Source: Holosporales bacterium
GTDB lineage: Bacteria; Pseudomonadota; Alphaproteobacteria; RUG11792
DNA length: 46,042 nucleotides
Direction: 5' to 3'
NCBI GenBank assembly: GCA_031267725.1
Contig: JAIRYO010000039.1
Span: 1 to 46,042, forward strand
The notes beneath the pieces were generated by a model, which searched no databases, had not been told where the DNA came from, and saw only the letters and a program-made list of their open reading frames with translations. A program made the translations under genes and the position numbers. Of this stretch, positions 33,629 to 42,402 are shown piece by piece. Positions within the stretch are counted from its first letter, which is position 1; the number at the start of each line of letters is the position of its first letter.

Positions 33629-35611
33629 TTACATTCCCAATAAAGCCCCTAACCCCGGTTTTTTGGATGCGATACCCGTATCTACCTCTTTTAAAAAAGT
33701 CTTTTCAGCTACACTTTCGTCATTAGACAAAAGCTTTAAAAAAAACATCTTGGCAATCCTAGCAGGTATTCTGCCTCCAGTTGATGTTTCAATCATTTTT
33801 TGCCTATTTATGTCGTTTCCGATCCATACCCCCATCGAAAATCCACTATTTTTGTCATCTGGCGGATCGTAAAACCCGACAAACCAAGCATCCGTATTTC
33901 CATTTGTTCCGGTCTTTCCGTATATATGGGCATTAACATTAACCGCTCTACCTGTCCCATTTTTTACGACGTTTCTTAATAAGGCTTTACACGAAATTAG
34001 CGCTTCTTCATCTATGATAGGCAGAATTTTTTCTTTATTTTTCTGAAACAAAATATCTCCAGACTTCGTTTGAATTTCAGTAATGCAATACGGCCAAATT
34101 GGAATTCCATCCATAAACGATGTGTATGCAGAGGTGATATCTTTCAGAGTTACCGGAGTAGTTCCTATTGCGACGCTCATGTCATGGATTGATACATCAA
34201 ATATTCCGAGTTTTTTTGCGAATTTAGAAACTCTTTCTAGTCCTATAAATTGAGCCAATCTGATACTAACCGTATTAACTGAATGAGTAAAACCATCAAG
34301 GAGTGAAATTTCGCCACGACTTTTCCATTTATAGTTTTTAGGTCTCCAATTAGATATGGATATCGGCTCATCCGATATTTTATCTTCTAGTTGAAAACCA
34401 TATTCTATTGCTGCTCCATAAACAAAAATTTTAAATGCTGATCCAGGTAACCTATTTGCCTGAACAGCCCTATTAAATTGGGTTGCAGAGTATTTTGTCC
34501 CTCCAACCATTGCTAAGATTGCCCCATCTCTATTTAAGCAAATAAATGAAGCTTCGGAAAATTTATAATTATCTCCTTCAGTTTTTACGTAAAAATCAAC
34601 AGATGCTTCTGCAGCCGTCTGTTTTTTATCATCCAAAGTGGTGATAATCACTATATCGTCTTCAATTTCTCCGAGAATTTTCTTTGCTTGTTCATACGCG
34701 TAATCGCAAAAATACATGCAGTTCTGATCTTGTTGAGGGCTGTTAGCAAAAGCACTTTTTGCCTGTTTTTTCTCTATCTCTTTAGCATCTTTTATATATC
34801 CCTGTTCTTCCATCATTTTTAGTACAACAAGAGCGCGTTCATAAGCGTAATTGGGATGATTTCCTGGGTTATACTTAGTCGGAGCTTTTAGCAATCCAGC
34901 CAATATCGCGGCTTCAAAGATAGATAATTTAGTTGAGGATTTGTTGAAATATTTGCGAGAGGCAGCATCTATCCCATACGTACCAGCTCCGAAGTAGACT
35001 CTATTTATGTATAACATCATTATATCTGCTTTACTAAATCTATATTCAAGCCAAAAGGCGAGTAAAAGTTCCTTTATCTTTCTTTTAATTGTTTTATCGT
35101 AATGTGTGATGATTCCCTCAGCAATCAATATATTTTTTGCGAGTTGTTGAGTTATTGTTGACCCCCCCTGAATAACCTTGCGGGCAATATAGTTTTGGTA
35201 AATTGCTCTACAAAATCCTATAAAATCTATGCCAAAGTGATGGAAGAACCTTTTGTCCTCAATGGCTATAAACGCTTCTGGCACATATTTAGGCAGGTCT
35301 TCAAGCTTCACGAGCTCTTCATATAAATCTCCATAGGTGCCTAAAATTTTTCCATCATAAGTTTGTATAGTAACTCCAGGGAACCTGATTTCTGTTTTTA
35401 AGTTTTTAAGATCCGGAAGCCCATTTGCAAAGTATAACAAAACGACGCTGAACGAGACTAAGCCGCAAACGAAGAGACATAAACAATGCCTGAAAAATAT
35501 TCTTAAAAATGATTTTTTCTTTTTTTTTATAGGACGAGTCTTAGCTCTCATTAATGTTTGGAATCGACTCGGCCACCAGGGCAGTTTAGCAGCATACAGT
35601 CTTAAAAACAA
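33629..35611 (-). CDS. mrcA: Class A penicillin-binding protein (PBP1A-type transglycosylase/transpeptidase)
   Basis: GT51 motifs EDKRFFHHFGIDF and GGSTITQQLAKN. Transpeptidase motifs SAFK (GSAFKIFVYG), SVN (HSVNTV) and KTGT. It has an N-terminal TM anchor. The start is possibly at MRAKTRPIKKKK (35551). Confidence 0.93.
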   Translation of the reverse strand: MFLRLYAAKLPWWPSRFQTLMRAKTRPIKKKKKSFLRIFFRHCLCLFVCGLVSFSVVLLYFANGLPDLKNLKTEIRFPGVTIQTYDGKILGTYGDLYEELVKLEDLPKYVPEAFIAIEDKRFFHHFGIDFIGFCRAIYQNYIARKVIQGGSTITQQLAKNILIAEGIITHYDKTIKRKIKELLLAFWLEYRFSKADIMMLYINRVYFGAGTYGIDAASRKYFNKSSTKLSIFEAAILAGLLKAPTKYNPGNHPNYAYERALVVLKMMEEQGYIKDAKEIEKKQAKSAFANSPQQDQNCMYFCDYAYEQAKKILGEIEDDIVIITTLDDKKQTAAEASVDFYVKTEGDNYKFSEASFICLNRDGAILAMVGGTKYSATQFNRAVQANRLPGSAFKIFVYGAAIEYGFQLEDKISDEPISISNWRPKNYKWKSRGEISLLDGFTHSVNTVSIRLAQFIGLERVSKFAKKLGIFDVSIHDMSVAIGTTPVTLKDITSAYTSFMDGIPIWPYCITEIQTKSGDILFQKNKEKILPIIDEEALISCKALLRNVVKNGTGRAVNVNAHIYGKTGTNGNTDAWFVGFYDPPDDKNSGFSMGVWIGNDINRQKMIETSTGGRIPARIAKMFFLKLLSNDESVAEKTFLKEVDTGIASKKPGLGALLGM

Positions 35612-35631
35612 CTCTTTTTCCGATTATGTCT

Positions 35632-36333
35632 GCGTTCATATGATTTTGGACAAAAGGGGCGAGATTACTTTTGTCTAACAACCCCGAATCCTGCCTGCCC
35701 CAGCCTGAATAGGCAGTAAACCATGCTTAAATGATTTGTGTATTTCTTTCTCTTCATCCTTTTCTATTAAAGCTTGAACAAGGCGGCCAGCCTCAAACAT
35801 AAAATGTTCCACGTGGAACAATTGTTTAAAACCTTAGGCCCCTCGGCCAGCCTCAAACATAACATGACTCAGGCGGCCCAGTCTAAATAGACCGTAAACC
35901 ATGCTTAAATGATTTTTGTATTTTTTTTATAATGCTTTAGACAGGATATATAAAGCAATCTCTTCACCTTATATATAATAGATTACCACCCCCTCTAAAC
36001 CATATTCAGAGATTGCTATATATCATGCTTAAAGCATTATAAAAAGAAATACAAAAATCATTGGGGCATGGTTTACGGTCTATTTAGACTGGGCCGCCTG
36101 AGTCATGTTATGTTTGAGGCTGGCCGAGGGGCCTAAGGTTTTAAACAATTGTTCCACGTGGAACATTTATGTTTGAGTTCGGCCGCCTTGTTCAAGCTTT
36201 AATAGAAAAGGATGAAGAGAAAGAAATACACGAATCATTGAAGTATGGTTTAGGGTCTATTCAGGCTTGACCAGGCAGGAGTCAGGAAAAGCAACTCCCC
36301 CTCTCTTTTCCCTCAGGCTATGTGAACATATAC
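35632..36333. repeat. ~700-bp near-perfect nested palindrome of the composite repeat family (centre module ~35946-36023)
   Basis: Terminal modules lie at both ends (GCGTTCATATGATTTTGGACAAAAGG / ...CAGGCTATGTGAACATATAC). 35806-35880 is the exact reverse complement of 36090-36164 (75 nt, checked base by base). Each arm carries two CTGAATAG..GTAAACCATGC units and one GTTCCACGTGGAAC (35806-35819, 36151-36164). Confidence 0.95.
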
Positions 36334-36488
36334 ACTAAAAAGAAAGATAAAAATTATTTTTAATGATATGATGAAGGTGAAGTTTATAACTCTAACTCGT
36401 ATTCATAAAGTAAAATTTTTACTGCAAAATGAATGTGTATTTAAATGTACTTACGAAACGACGTTTTTTATGAGGTGATAATAAATCG

Positions 36489-37970
36489 ATGAAAGAATAT
36501 TTAACTATATCAGCTGTAAGAAATGGGTTGAAAAGCGGAGAGTTTACCTCTGTTGAATTGACCGAGTATTATCTCAAAAAAATGGATGCAATGGCGGATC
36601 TTAACGCATTTATAACTATCGATTCGGAAAAATCAATTGATTGCGCTAAAGCGGCAGATAAAAAAATTTCAAAAGGAGAAAATAAGCCGCTTCTTGGGGT
36701 TCCACTTGCAATTAAAGATTTGTTTTGCACTAAAGGAACGAGAACTACAGCTGGATCTAAAATGCTTTCGAATTTCATTCCAGAATATGAGTCAACAGTA
36801 ACTCAGAACCTGATTGATGATGGGGCGATTTTTATTGGGAAAACCAATATGGACGAATTTGCAATGGGCTCCGCCAATATAACGAGCTATTTTGGTCCAT
36901 GTTTTTTGCCATACAGAAAGAAAACATCTCCAGAGATGAAATTAGTTCCCGGAGGATCCTCTGGTGGATCTGCAACATCCGTCGCATCTGATTTGTGCGT
37001 TGCCGCAACCGGATCTGATACTGGCGGGTCAATAAGACAACCTGCTGCCTTTTCCGGTATTGTGGGTATAAAGCCAACTTATGGCCTCTGTTCAAGATGG
37101 GGAATGGTGGCTTTTGCTTCCTCGCTAGATCAAGCTGGACCATTGACTAAAAACATTGAAGATGCAGCTATTATGTTACAGTCAATGGCTGGATATGATG
37201 ATAAAGATTCAACTTCGGAAAACATAAAAATTCCGAATTATCTTGATTTTTTGGGAAAATCTATAAAAGGCATGAGAATCGGAATTGCTAAGGAATATAC
37301 TGATGGAATAAATCAGGAAAATGTGGAATTACTCGAAAATGTTAAGACTTGGCTTGTTGATGCTGGATGTGAAATTATAGACATTTCTCTTAAAACTACC
37401 CCTTATGCTCTTCCTGTTTATTATATAATTGCCCCCGCAGAAGCTTCCTCTAATCTTGCTAGGTATGACGGTGTTAAGTATGGATACCGTTCTAAAAATT
37501 ATAAAAACATTGATGAGTTGTATATTAACTCCAGATCTGAAGGATTCGGAGAAGAAGTCAAGAGAAGAATTTTGACTGGAACATATGTTCTATCTGCGGG
37601 ATACCATGATGCTTATTACACAAAAGCTCTAAAAATCCAACAAATGATAAAAGATGATTTTAAAGATAATGCATTTTCTAAAATTGATTTAATTTTATGT
37701 CCAACTACTCCTAATACAGCTTTTGGCGTTGAGGAATCGAGTAAAATGTCTCCTGTTGAAATGTATTTAAACGACGTATTTACCGTTAATGCGAATATAG
37801 CTGGCCTTCCTGCTATTTCCATACCGACCGGTTTATCAAAAGATGGACTTCCAATGGGAATTCAGGTAATTGGAAACAGGTTTTGTGAAGCGGACATATT
37901 CAAAGTTTCTTACGTGATAGAAAAATCCGCTTGTTTCGAAGAGTTGAGGAAGAAAATCCTCCTGGTGTAG
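36489..37970 (+). CDS. gatA: Glutamyl-tRNA(Gln)/aspartyl-tRNA(Asn) amidotransferase subunit A
   Basis: Amidase signature GGSSGGSATSVASDLCVAATGSDTGGSIRQPAAFSGIVGIKPTYG, at a typical GatA length of 493 aa. No gatC or gatB is adjacent. Confidence 0.96.
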   Translation: MKEYLTISAVRNGLKSGEFTSVELTEYYLKKMDAMADLNAFITIDSEKSIDCAKAADKKISKGENKPLLGVPLAIKDLFCTKGTRTTAGSKMLSNFIPEYESTVTQNLIDDGAIFIGKTNMDEFAMGSANITSYFGPCFLPYRKKTSPEMKLVPGGSSGGSATSVASDLCVAATGSDTGGSIRQPAAFSGIVGIKPTYGLCSRWGMVAFASSLDQAGPLTKNIEDAAIMLQSMAGYDDKDSTSENIKIPNYLDFLGKSIKGMRIGIAKEYTDGINQENVELLENVKTWLVDAGCEIIDISLKTTPYALPVYYIIAPAEASSNLARYDGVKYGYRSKNYKNIDELYINSRSEGFGEEVKRRILTGTYVLSAGYHDAYYTKALKIQQMIKDDFKDNAFSKIDLILCPTTPNTAFGVEESSKMSPVEMYLNDVFTVNANIAGLPAISIPTGLSKDGLPMGIQVIGNRFCEADIFKVSYVIEKSACFEELRKKILLV

Positions 37971-38002
37971 CCCGTATCGGCTTTAACTTCCCTCTTATTT
38001 AA

Positions 38003-38063
38003 CCCCAGTTTCACATAAGAGCCCCATTTTTTGTAAAGTTATTAAACTTTTACGAAACTGGGG
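38003..38063. terminator. Candidate bidirectional terminator / structured element between convergent genes
   Basis: CCCCAGTTTC (38003-38012) pairs with GAAACTGGGG (38054-38063). The ~41-nt interval holds a second small hairpin (GTAAAGTT...AACTTTTAC) and a T-run. It lies between gatA (+) and the 134-aa ORF (-). Confidence 0.3.
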
Positions 38064-38162
38064 GGAATACTCGTTCGTTTCAGCCTCGCCAGCTGCATCC
38101 CCCTCAAATCAAGTGTTGTTTGAAGATATTTTCAAAACCTTGGAATCGTGCCCCTCTCAGAA

Positions 38163-38567
38163 TTACACATTTTGCACTGTTTCACTTACAGCTTCAAGAT
38201 CTTCAGCAATCTGCTCAAGCTGAGCTTTATATCCTAAAAACCCCACCTTCAAGGCGCCAACTTCTTCAGTCTCCCAATCTCTCGTTTCCAGTGTTAGTGT
38301 TAATAATCTTATTTCTTGATTTAGTTTTTCTATCTCCAAATCTCTCGCTTTCAGTGTTGATGTTAATAATCCTATTTCTTGATTTAACGAATTTATCTTT
38401 CGTTGAAATGCTTCTAACTGTCCCTTTATTGATAAAACGTTTCTGTTTATTTGCTCAAATATTTTCTTATCGTTGCCCTTTTCTATTTGGAAATTGCCTG
38501 TGGCATATACATTCATTCCAGTGACTATCATTACAAAAAGCGCCAGTAACGGCCTATTCAATTTCAT
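38163..38567 (-). CDS. Small secreted coiled-coil protein with an internal 21-aa tandem repeat
   Basis: 134 aa. An SD-like AAAAGGGG lies ~8 nt upstream of the ATG. It has a signal peptide (LLALFVMIVTGMNVYA|TG) and heptad-like LNQEI(G/R)LLT(S/L)TL(K/E)(A/T)RD(L/W)E(I/T)E repeats. It is preferred over the mirror ORF 38120-38524 (+), which is low-complexity and has no signal or SD. Confidence 0.55.
   Translation of the reverse strand: MKLNRPLLALFVMIVTGMNVYATGNFQIEKGNDKKIFEQINRNVLSIKGQLEAFQRKINSLNQEIGLLTSTLKARDLEIEKLNQEIRLLTLTLETRDWETEEVGALKVGFLGYKAQLEQIAEDLEAVSETVQNV
38271..38396 (-). repeat. In-frame 63-bp tandem duplication (2 units)
   Basis: Unit 1 (38271-38333) is CTCCCAATCTCTCGTTTCCAGTGTTAGTGTTAATAATCTTATTTCTTGATTTAGTTTTTCTAT. 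Unit 2 (38334-38396) is CTCCAAATCTCTCGCTTTCAGTGTTGATGTTAATAATCCTATTTCTTGATTTAACGAATTTAT. Confidence 0.85.
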
Positions 38568-38709
38568 AACTAAACCCCTTTTCTCAAAAATAAATCTCTA
38601 AGTGATGGGGGAAAGTATATTAAAATTTACATAAAAAGTAAAATATTTATCTCATCTCGTATAAAAATATTAGTTATTTATTACTAAAGGGAATGTTATA
38701 GTCTTCAAA

Positions 38710-38951
38710 CATGACTCTTGCCTGCCTCATCCTGAATAGACAGTAAACCATGCTTCAATGATTCGTGTATTTCTTTCTACAATGCTTTAAGCATGATATA
38801 TAGCAATCTTAGAATATTGTTTAGAGGGTTTGATAATCTGTATACAAAGGGGGGGGGAGTCTATTCAGGGGAAGTCGCCGGAGTAATGTTATGTTTGCGG
38901 CTGGCGGATGGTTCAAGCTTTTAAACAAAATGTTCCACGTGGAACATTTTG
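38710..38951. repeat. Composite repeat copy (arm + central module ~38795-38850 + 26-bp perfect palindrome 38926-38951)
   Basis: ...CTGAATAGACAGTAAACCATGCTTCAATGATTCGTGTATTTCTTT...GATATATAGCAATCTTAGAATATTGTTTAGAGGG...GGTTCAAGCTTTTAAACAAAATGTTCCACGTGGAACATTTTG. Confidence 0.85.
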
Positions 38952-38963
38952 ATTTTTTTAATG

Positions 38964-39953
38964 CTACTCCGTACATGACTTTTTTAAATTAAGATTCAAG
39001 CGTTGCATTAATTCTAGATCTCTCGGTGTTTGTGAGTTAGTAGTAGTTAAGAGTTTTTCCCCTATAAATATAGAGCTAGCTCCTGCAAAGAAACAGAGCG
39101 CTTGCAATTCATCTGACATACTTTCCCTGCCTGCTGAAATTCGAATCACAGAGTTTGGCATTAAAATTCTGGCGAGGGCGATACATCTAACAAAATCGAA
39201 AGGGTCTATATCAGGAACATTTTTGAGCCTAGTTCCAGGAATTTTTACCAGCTTATTAATTGAAACTGAAGCGGGAGGTTCGTTTAAATTTGCTAGCAAA
39301 AGAAGCATTTTTATCCTGTCATCGTTTGTTTCTCCCATTCCTAAAATTCCGCCACTACAAATTTTTATGTCATACTTTTGCAAAAGGTTAATCGTCTGTA
39401 TTCTCTCATCTATTGTTCTTGTTGTTATTACTTTGTTATAGTATTCAGGAGATGTATCCACATTATGATTATAATAGTCTAATCCACACTCACTCAAATT
39501 TATTACTTGGGATTCAATCAACGTTCCCATGGTTACACAAGTCTCGAGTCCTAGTTCTTTAACTGCTTTTATCGCATCACAGACTATTTTGAAAATTTGC
39601 GGATTTGGAGTTCTTCCGGAAGTTCCCATGCAAAATCGAGAGCTTCCCATAGACTTCGCTTTTTTGGCAGACTCTATGATGAGAGCGAGATCTGTTATAA
39701 TCTGCTTAGAAATTTTTTTTTTATTTTTTATGGATTGGGCGCAGTAAGCGCAATCTTCTGAGCATCCTCCAGTTTGAACACTAAGCAATGTACTAGCCTG
39801 AATCTCATTTGGGATATGGTGATTTATATGAACTAAGTGAGCTTGATATATCAATTCTAAAAATGAAGTTTGGAAGACATCTTTTGCAAATTCAAGGGTA
39901 TGCATTAGTAAAGGTAAAAGAGCAGATTGATGAAATAATATGATACAATCCAA
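38964..39953 (-). CDS. bioB: Biotin synthase
   Basis: Radical-SAM CSEDCAYCAQS (CxxxCxxC), YNHNVDTS and GGILGMGE. The probable start is at MHTLEFAKDVF (39905). Confidence 0.95.
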   Translation of the reverse strand: MDCIILFHQSALLPLLMHTLEFAKDVFQTSFLELIYQAHLVHINHHIPNEIQASTLLSVQTGGCSEDCAYCAQSIKNKKKISKQIITDLALIIESAKKAKSMGSSRFCMGTSGRTPNPQIFKIVCDAIKAVKELGLETCVTMGTLIESQVINLSECGLDYYNHNVDTSPEYYNKVITTRTIDERIQTINLLQKYDIKICSGGILGMGETNDDRIKMLLLLANLNEPPASVSINKLVKIPGTRLKNVPDIDPFDFVRCIALARILMPNSVIRISAGRESMSDELQALCFFAGASSIFIGEKLLTTTNSQTPRDLELMQRLNLNLKKSCTE

Positions 39954-39980
39954 GAAAAGTGAAATGATTATTAGTCGGTT

Positions 39981-41084
39981 GTGATCAGAAAGTACGAGGA
40001 GTTTATAGCAAAATCTAAATTAGAATCGGTTCATAGAAAATTGTCGATTCATCCTGAAGACTACATAGATTTTTCTAGCAACGACTATCTTGGATTTAGT
40101 AAAAACGCAGATGTAATCAACGCAGGTATTAATGCTTCCTTAAAATACGGCAGTGGTAGTGGCGGTTCTCGATTGCTTTCTGGGAATAATGAGCTATTTC
40201 TTGCATTTGAAGAGCTTATCCTAAGTGATAAAAATACAAAAGCTGCATTGATATTCAATTCTGGGTTTCAAGCAAATTCTGGGGTGTTAGAAAGTTTAAC
40301 AGATAAGAAAACTACTGTGATTTTTGATAAACTAAATCATGCCAGCATGTATCATGGAGTCTTTACCAGTTCCGCAAAATTAGTTAGATTTAATCATCTA
40401 GATTATGATCACTTGGAAAATATATTGATAAATGAAAAATCAAAGCAGATTATGATTTGTTCAGAGACAGTTTTTGGAATGGACGGTGATATTGCCGACG
40501 TGAATGTTTTATCTGATCTATCAAACAAATATGGAACACTGCTATATTTGGATGAAGCGCATGCGACAGGTATTTATGGAAAGAATGGATATGGCGTATC
40601 AACGGATTTTAATTTAAACCCAGAAACTACTGTGATAATGGGAACTTTTAGTAAAGCGCTCGGATCTTCTGGTGCTTATGTTGCGTGTTCCAAACTTATT
40701 CAGGATTTCTTGATTCAAAAATGCAGAAGCTTCGTATATTCCACTGCTCTTTCCCCTTTTTGTATTGGTGCGGCGATGGCGGCATGGAAAATGTTAAAAT
40801 ATACCAAAAGCGTCAGAAAAAAATTGCTTGAGAAATCCGAAAACCTTAGAGAGAAATTGAAAAGGTCCAGCTTAAAAACAACGGGGCATGGAACGAACAT
40901 AATTCCAATTTTATATAAAGATAGCAAAAGTATGAAAGAGGCCAAAGAAGCGTGTTTGAAGGGAAAGTTGATAGTTTCAGGAATTGCCCCTCCAACCAGT
41001 CCAACTCCCCGTATCCGAATCGCGTTAACGACAAAACACACTGATGAAGAAATTGAAAAACTGCTGGAAAGAATCACTAAATGA
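39981..41084 (+). CDS. bioF: 8-amino-7-oxononanoate synthase
   Basis: Class II aminotransferase fold: SNDYLGF, DEAHATGIYGKNGYG and the PLP-lysine context GTFSKALGSSGAYV. GTG start. Diverges from bioB. Confidence 0.92.
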   Translation: MIRKYEEFIAKSKLESVHRKLSIHPEDYIDFSSNDYLGFSKNADVINAGINASLKYGSGSGGSRLLSGNNELFLAFEELILSDKNTKAALIFNSGFQANSGVLESLTDKKTTVIFDKLNHASMYHGVFTSSAKLVRFNHLDYDHLENILINEKSKQIMICSETVFGMDGDIADVNVLSDLSNKYGTLLYLDEAHATGIYGKNGYGVSTDFNLNPETTVIMGTFSKALGSSGAYVACSKLIQDFLIQKCRSFVYSTALSPFCIGAAMAAWKMLKYTKSVRKKLLEKSENLREKLKRSSLKTTGHGTNIIPILYKDSKSMKEAKEACLKGKLIVSGIAPPTSPTPRIRIALTTKHTDEEIEKLLERITK

Positions 41085-41797
41085 TCAATTTTAGCAAAGC
41101 GGCAAAAATTTATGATAAACACGCTTTTGTTCAAAAAACATCATCTGATTACTTAGCAGAGATCTGTAAAAGCATTCTTCCCATCTCCCCAAAAAGTATT
41201 CTTGATATAGGTTGTGGTACAGGTTTTACGTCATTAGCTCTGAAAAAATTCTACACCGAATCAAAATATACTTTATGTGATATCTCAAAAGAAATGATTG
41301 AGGTTGCAAAAAACAAAATCGAAAACTGTAAATGTATACCGCATAATGCAGAAAGCTATGAATTCAAGAGCGGATACGATCTTGTAGTTTCTAACCTGGC
41401 ATTTCAGTGGTTTAACAATCTTGACGCCTTCTTAGGTAAAATTTTACATAAATGTAAACATATGTCTTTTTCGATTTTATTGAAAAATAGCTTTGAAGAT
41501 TATAAAAATTTATTCAAAAATAAAGGGGTTAACATACTGACCAATGACTGTCTTTCCGAAAATGAAATATATAATTTATCGAAAGGCCACGGCAACGTTC
41601 TATTTTTTTGTTCCAAAGAGTATGATATGAGTTTTGATGATGCTATTTCCGCCGCTAGGTATTTTAAAAATATTGGAGCCAACATTACAAGTTCCAAATA
41701 TAATCAGGGAAGAGTATCCGCGATATTGACCTCTCATAGAACTCAGATGAATCTTAAACATCGAATATTTTTTGCTTTTATGGAAGGAAAGACATGA
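41081..41797 (+). CDS. bioC: Malonyl-ACP O-methyltransferase (BioC-like SAM methyltransferase)
   Basis: SAM-binding ILDIGCGTGFTS and a SNLAFQW motif. Its position between bioF and bioD, with ATGA overlaps on both sides, supports the call. Confidence 0.75.
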   Translation: MINFSKAAKIYDKHAFVQKTSSDYLAEICKSILPISPKSILDIGCGTGFTSLALKKFYTESKYTLCDISKEMIEVAKNKIENCKCIPHNAESYEFKSGYDLVVSNLAFQWFNNLDAFLGKILHKCKHMSFSILLKNSFEDYKNLFKNKGVNILTNDCLSENEIYNLSKGHGNVLFFCSKEYDMSFDDAISAARYFKNIGANITSSKYNQGRVSAILTSHRTQMNLKHRIFFAFMEGKT

Positions 41798-42402
41798 ACA
41801 TTTTTGTCACAGGAACCAGTACCAATGTTGGAAAAACAGTAGTTTCCGCCTGGATCTGTTTGCATACTAAAGCATCCTATTGGAAACCAATACAGACTGG
41901 TTCTGAGATCGATAGCGATAAAAAGGTCATGGAAGTTTTATCACCAAAAACGAAACGAGTCGATGAGGTATATCTGCTGAAAGCGCCTTTATCTCCCTAT
42001 GACGCTGCGAAATTCGAAGACATAGACATTGATGTTAAAAAAATCTTAAGTAAAACGCCAGAAAGAACCGTTATAGAGGGAGCAGGGGGGATTTGCGTTC
42101 CTATTCAAGAAAATTTTCAAATGCTAGATCTAGCCGCACTAAGTAATTCACATACTTTAGTCGTTGCTAAATCAGAGCTGGGGATGCTAAATCACTTGTT
42201 CATGACAATCGATGCATTGGCAAGAAGGAGCATCTCGATAATTGGAGTTGTTCTAATTGGAAATACAGAAAACTTTCTTATAAAGACTATAGAAAAATTC
42301 ACTAAAGTTAGGGTATTACAAATTCTCCCAGTTGTAGAAAATGTTAAGAGGATGATAGATACAACCCCGCTTCCCAACGAAATATATAGGACATTTCAAT
42401 GA
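41794..42402 (+). CDS. bioD: Dethiobiotin synthetase
   Basis: P-loop IFVTGTSTNVGKTVVS, then YWKPIQTG and IEGAGG. Confidence 0.9.
   Translation: MNIFVTGTSTNVGKTVVSAWICLHTKASYWKPIQTGSEIDSDKKVMEVLSPKTKRVDEVYLLKAPLSPYDAAKFEDIDIDVKKILSKTPERTVIEGAGGICVPIQENFQMLDLAALSNSHTLVVAKSELGMLNHLFMTIDALARRSISIIGVVLIGNTENFLIKTIEKFTKVRVLQILPVVENVKRMIDTTPLPNEIYRTFQ

Noticed and set aside
38120-38524. A 134-aa plus-strand ORF mirroring the minus-strand coiled-coil ORF.
   Set aside because: The product is Leu/Ser/Pro-rich and low-complexity, with no SD or signal peptide. The minus-strand frame has an SD, a signal peptide and regular heptads. This remains a judgement call.
39905-39980. A search for a BirA- or BioR-type operator (for example TTATMKATAA) in the bioB/bioF divergent region.
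   Set aside because: No convincing dyad or match to the BioR consensus was seen by eye. The spacer is very short and AT-rich.
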